This document shows positions 62,277-64,000 of a DNA stretch of 64,000 nucleotides, piece by piece (positions within the stretch are counted from its first letter, which is position 1; the number at the start of each line of letters is the position of its first letter). The notes beneath the pieces are model-generated. The model was given only the letters and a program-made list of their open reading frames with translations, had not been told where the DNA came from and did no database searches. This DNA comes from Emiliania huxleyi CCMP1516 (taxonomy: Eukaryota). Both the position numbers and the translations under genes were made by a program. Location of the stretch: positions 216,250-280,249 of the forward strand of contig NW_005201240.1 of the NCBI RefSeq assembly GCF_000372725.1, read 5' to 3'.

Positions 62277-64000
62277 ATGACGACCTGGAATCTCATCCGG
62301 TCCGATCAGCTCTGCACGGCCGGAGAAACACGGCTTGGCTACTGCTGGACCGAGGGAGCGGATTGCTGCGGCCGGCTGTGCCGCGAGAAGGCAAGCTGCT
62401 CGTACTTCTTGTGGGACAGCACAACGTTCGAGTGCTGGCAGTCGCACGCCGGTAGCAGAGACTGCGACAGCGGCTGGATCGAGGCGCGTGGCGTCTCGTT
62501 CTATGCGCTTGAGGGCGACCGCACGCCGTTCACGTGGAGCCTGGTGCACAAGCATGCCGAGTGCGCCTCGCCCGACATGGCGCTGGGCGACGGCCTCGCC
62601 TCGACCGTGGGCGAGTGCGCCTTCCGCTGCGACGCCCTGCCCGGCTGCGACTTCTTTCTTTACGACGAGCGAGGTGCACGCTGCCCCTCCCATTGCCGCG
62701 CCTCCACCACGCACCACCACACACCCATCCACCACACACCCATCACAGGTGGCGGCTGCTTTGAGGAGTACACCTCTTCGGCGGACTGCCCCGAGGGTCT
62801 GCAGACGTGGCGGCGGTGCGACCGGTAGATGCAGCGGCGAAACACCCGTCGGCCACGACCAGACACCGGATTTCCAGCGACGGAGAGACGGTCGCACTGA
62901 GCGAGACACAGACAACGACGACACAAGTGGGCGCTGCCACAGGTACGACTTTTACGCGCTGTTGCGAGGCTCCGCCGCGCCCATCCCCCTGGCCGAGCGC
63001 TGGTCCTGCGTCGGTCCGGCGCCCTTCCCTGGCGAGGCGGCGTCCTCCGCCCCGCGCCGCACCTCGACCTGCTTCGAGTACCACGCGGCTCCGAAGCGGT
63101 CGTGGGTCGGGTCGGAGGCCGCCTGCCTCTCCCGCGGAATGCACCTCGCCTCCCTAATTAACTACTAACTGACTACTAATTGACTGCTAATTAGGCCGCC
63201 TGCCTCTCCCGCGGGATGCACCTCGCCTCCCTAATTAACTACTAATTGACTACTAATTGACTGCTAATTAGGCCGCCTGCCTCTCCCGCGGGATGCACCT
63301 CGCCTCCGTCCACTCCGCCGCCGAGAACGAGGTCGCGCTCTCGCTCTGTGCGGAGGAGTGCTGGATCGGCTTCACCGACCGGCAGAGCGAGGGCGAGTGG
63401 CGCTGGACCGACGGGTCCAGGGACGGAGGGCCGCACCCGTGGAGCCCGGGAGAGCCAAATGGGCAGCTGCACGAGACCACCGATGGCGCGTACATCTACC
63501 CGCTCCGTGCGGGGCTCGACTCGCCAGGCTCCCGGGATGACGTTGATCTCGGGCCGTCCCAGCCCATCCCGGCCCATCTCGGCCCATCTCGGGTGGTCTT
63601 GACTCGCCAGGCTCGTGGGACGACGACTTTGTCAACGTGTCGACGGCAGGCATGGCGGCCGAGATTAGCCGAGATCAGCTGAGATCAGCCGGGACTAGCC
63701 GAGACGAGCCGAGATCAGCCGAGATCAGCCGAGATCAGCCGAGATCAGCCGAGATCCCCAACGTGTCGAGTCGACGGCAGGTCCGGCGGCCGGCCACGTC
63801 GTCGAGCGCGCCTTCCTCTGCCGGCACGACTTCCGCGCCGCGCCGCTCCGCCGCACCTCTACACTACTGCCCCTCTCCACGGCTAACACTGCTACGCTGC
63901 TCCCACTGCTGCACTACACGGCTCACACTGCCCCTCTCACTGCCCCTCTCCCCTGCCTCACGGCCGCCGCGCATCTACAGGCGCGACTTCCGCGCCGCGC
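62277..64000 (+). CDS. Extracellular protein with two PAN/apple-like modules and a C-type lectin domain; continues past the right edge
   Basis: CGRLCREKASCSYF and CAFRCDALPGCDFF; then SWVGSE|AACLSRGMHLASVHSAAENE, CWIGFTD, EGEWRWTDGS, WSPGEPN and G|SWDD. Confidence 0.82.

Overview
This is very GC-rich, intron-containing eukaryotic nuclear DNA. GC-AG introns predominate, a few appear to be GA-AG, introns carry 10-11 bp minisatellites, and some genes have bipartite plastid-targeting leaders. Together these point to a haptophyte such as Emiliania/Gephyrocapsa huxleyi (inference). About 20 genes are recognisable: mitochondrial EF-G (partial), a Nudix hydrolase, a sterol desaturase/fatty-acid hydroxylase, a DsbA/FrnE-like selenoprotein, a SHOCT protein, a spermidine-synthase-like methyltransferase, a CDK20-like kinase, a DUF1415 protein, a membrane trypsin, UNG, RsmD, a Gly/Tyr-rich protein, a thylakoid-lumen protein, LSM1, a sulfatase, an ShKT-prolyl 4-hydroxylase, a DMT transporter and a PAN/C-type lectin. 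They are interspersed with LINE remnants, SINE-like repeats, MITEs and foldback elements. Four observations stand out. (1) A DsbA-like gene missed by the ORF track has an in-frame TGA at the catalytic Cys (UPWC) and a SECIS-like hairpin in its 3' UTR. (2) At least a dozen introns are bracketed by, or begin with, near-perfect duplications of the adjacent exon plus a minisatellite filler, suggesting an active intron-generating or intron-remodelling process. (3) A LINE copy shows a probable 3' transduction, and a 46-bp insertion element has both filled and empty sites in the window. (4) Several dispersed repeats can fold into conserved RNA structures. Exon boundaries were read by eye and have no transcript support.
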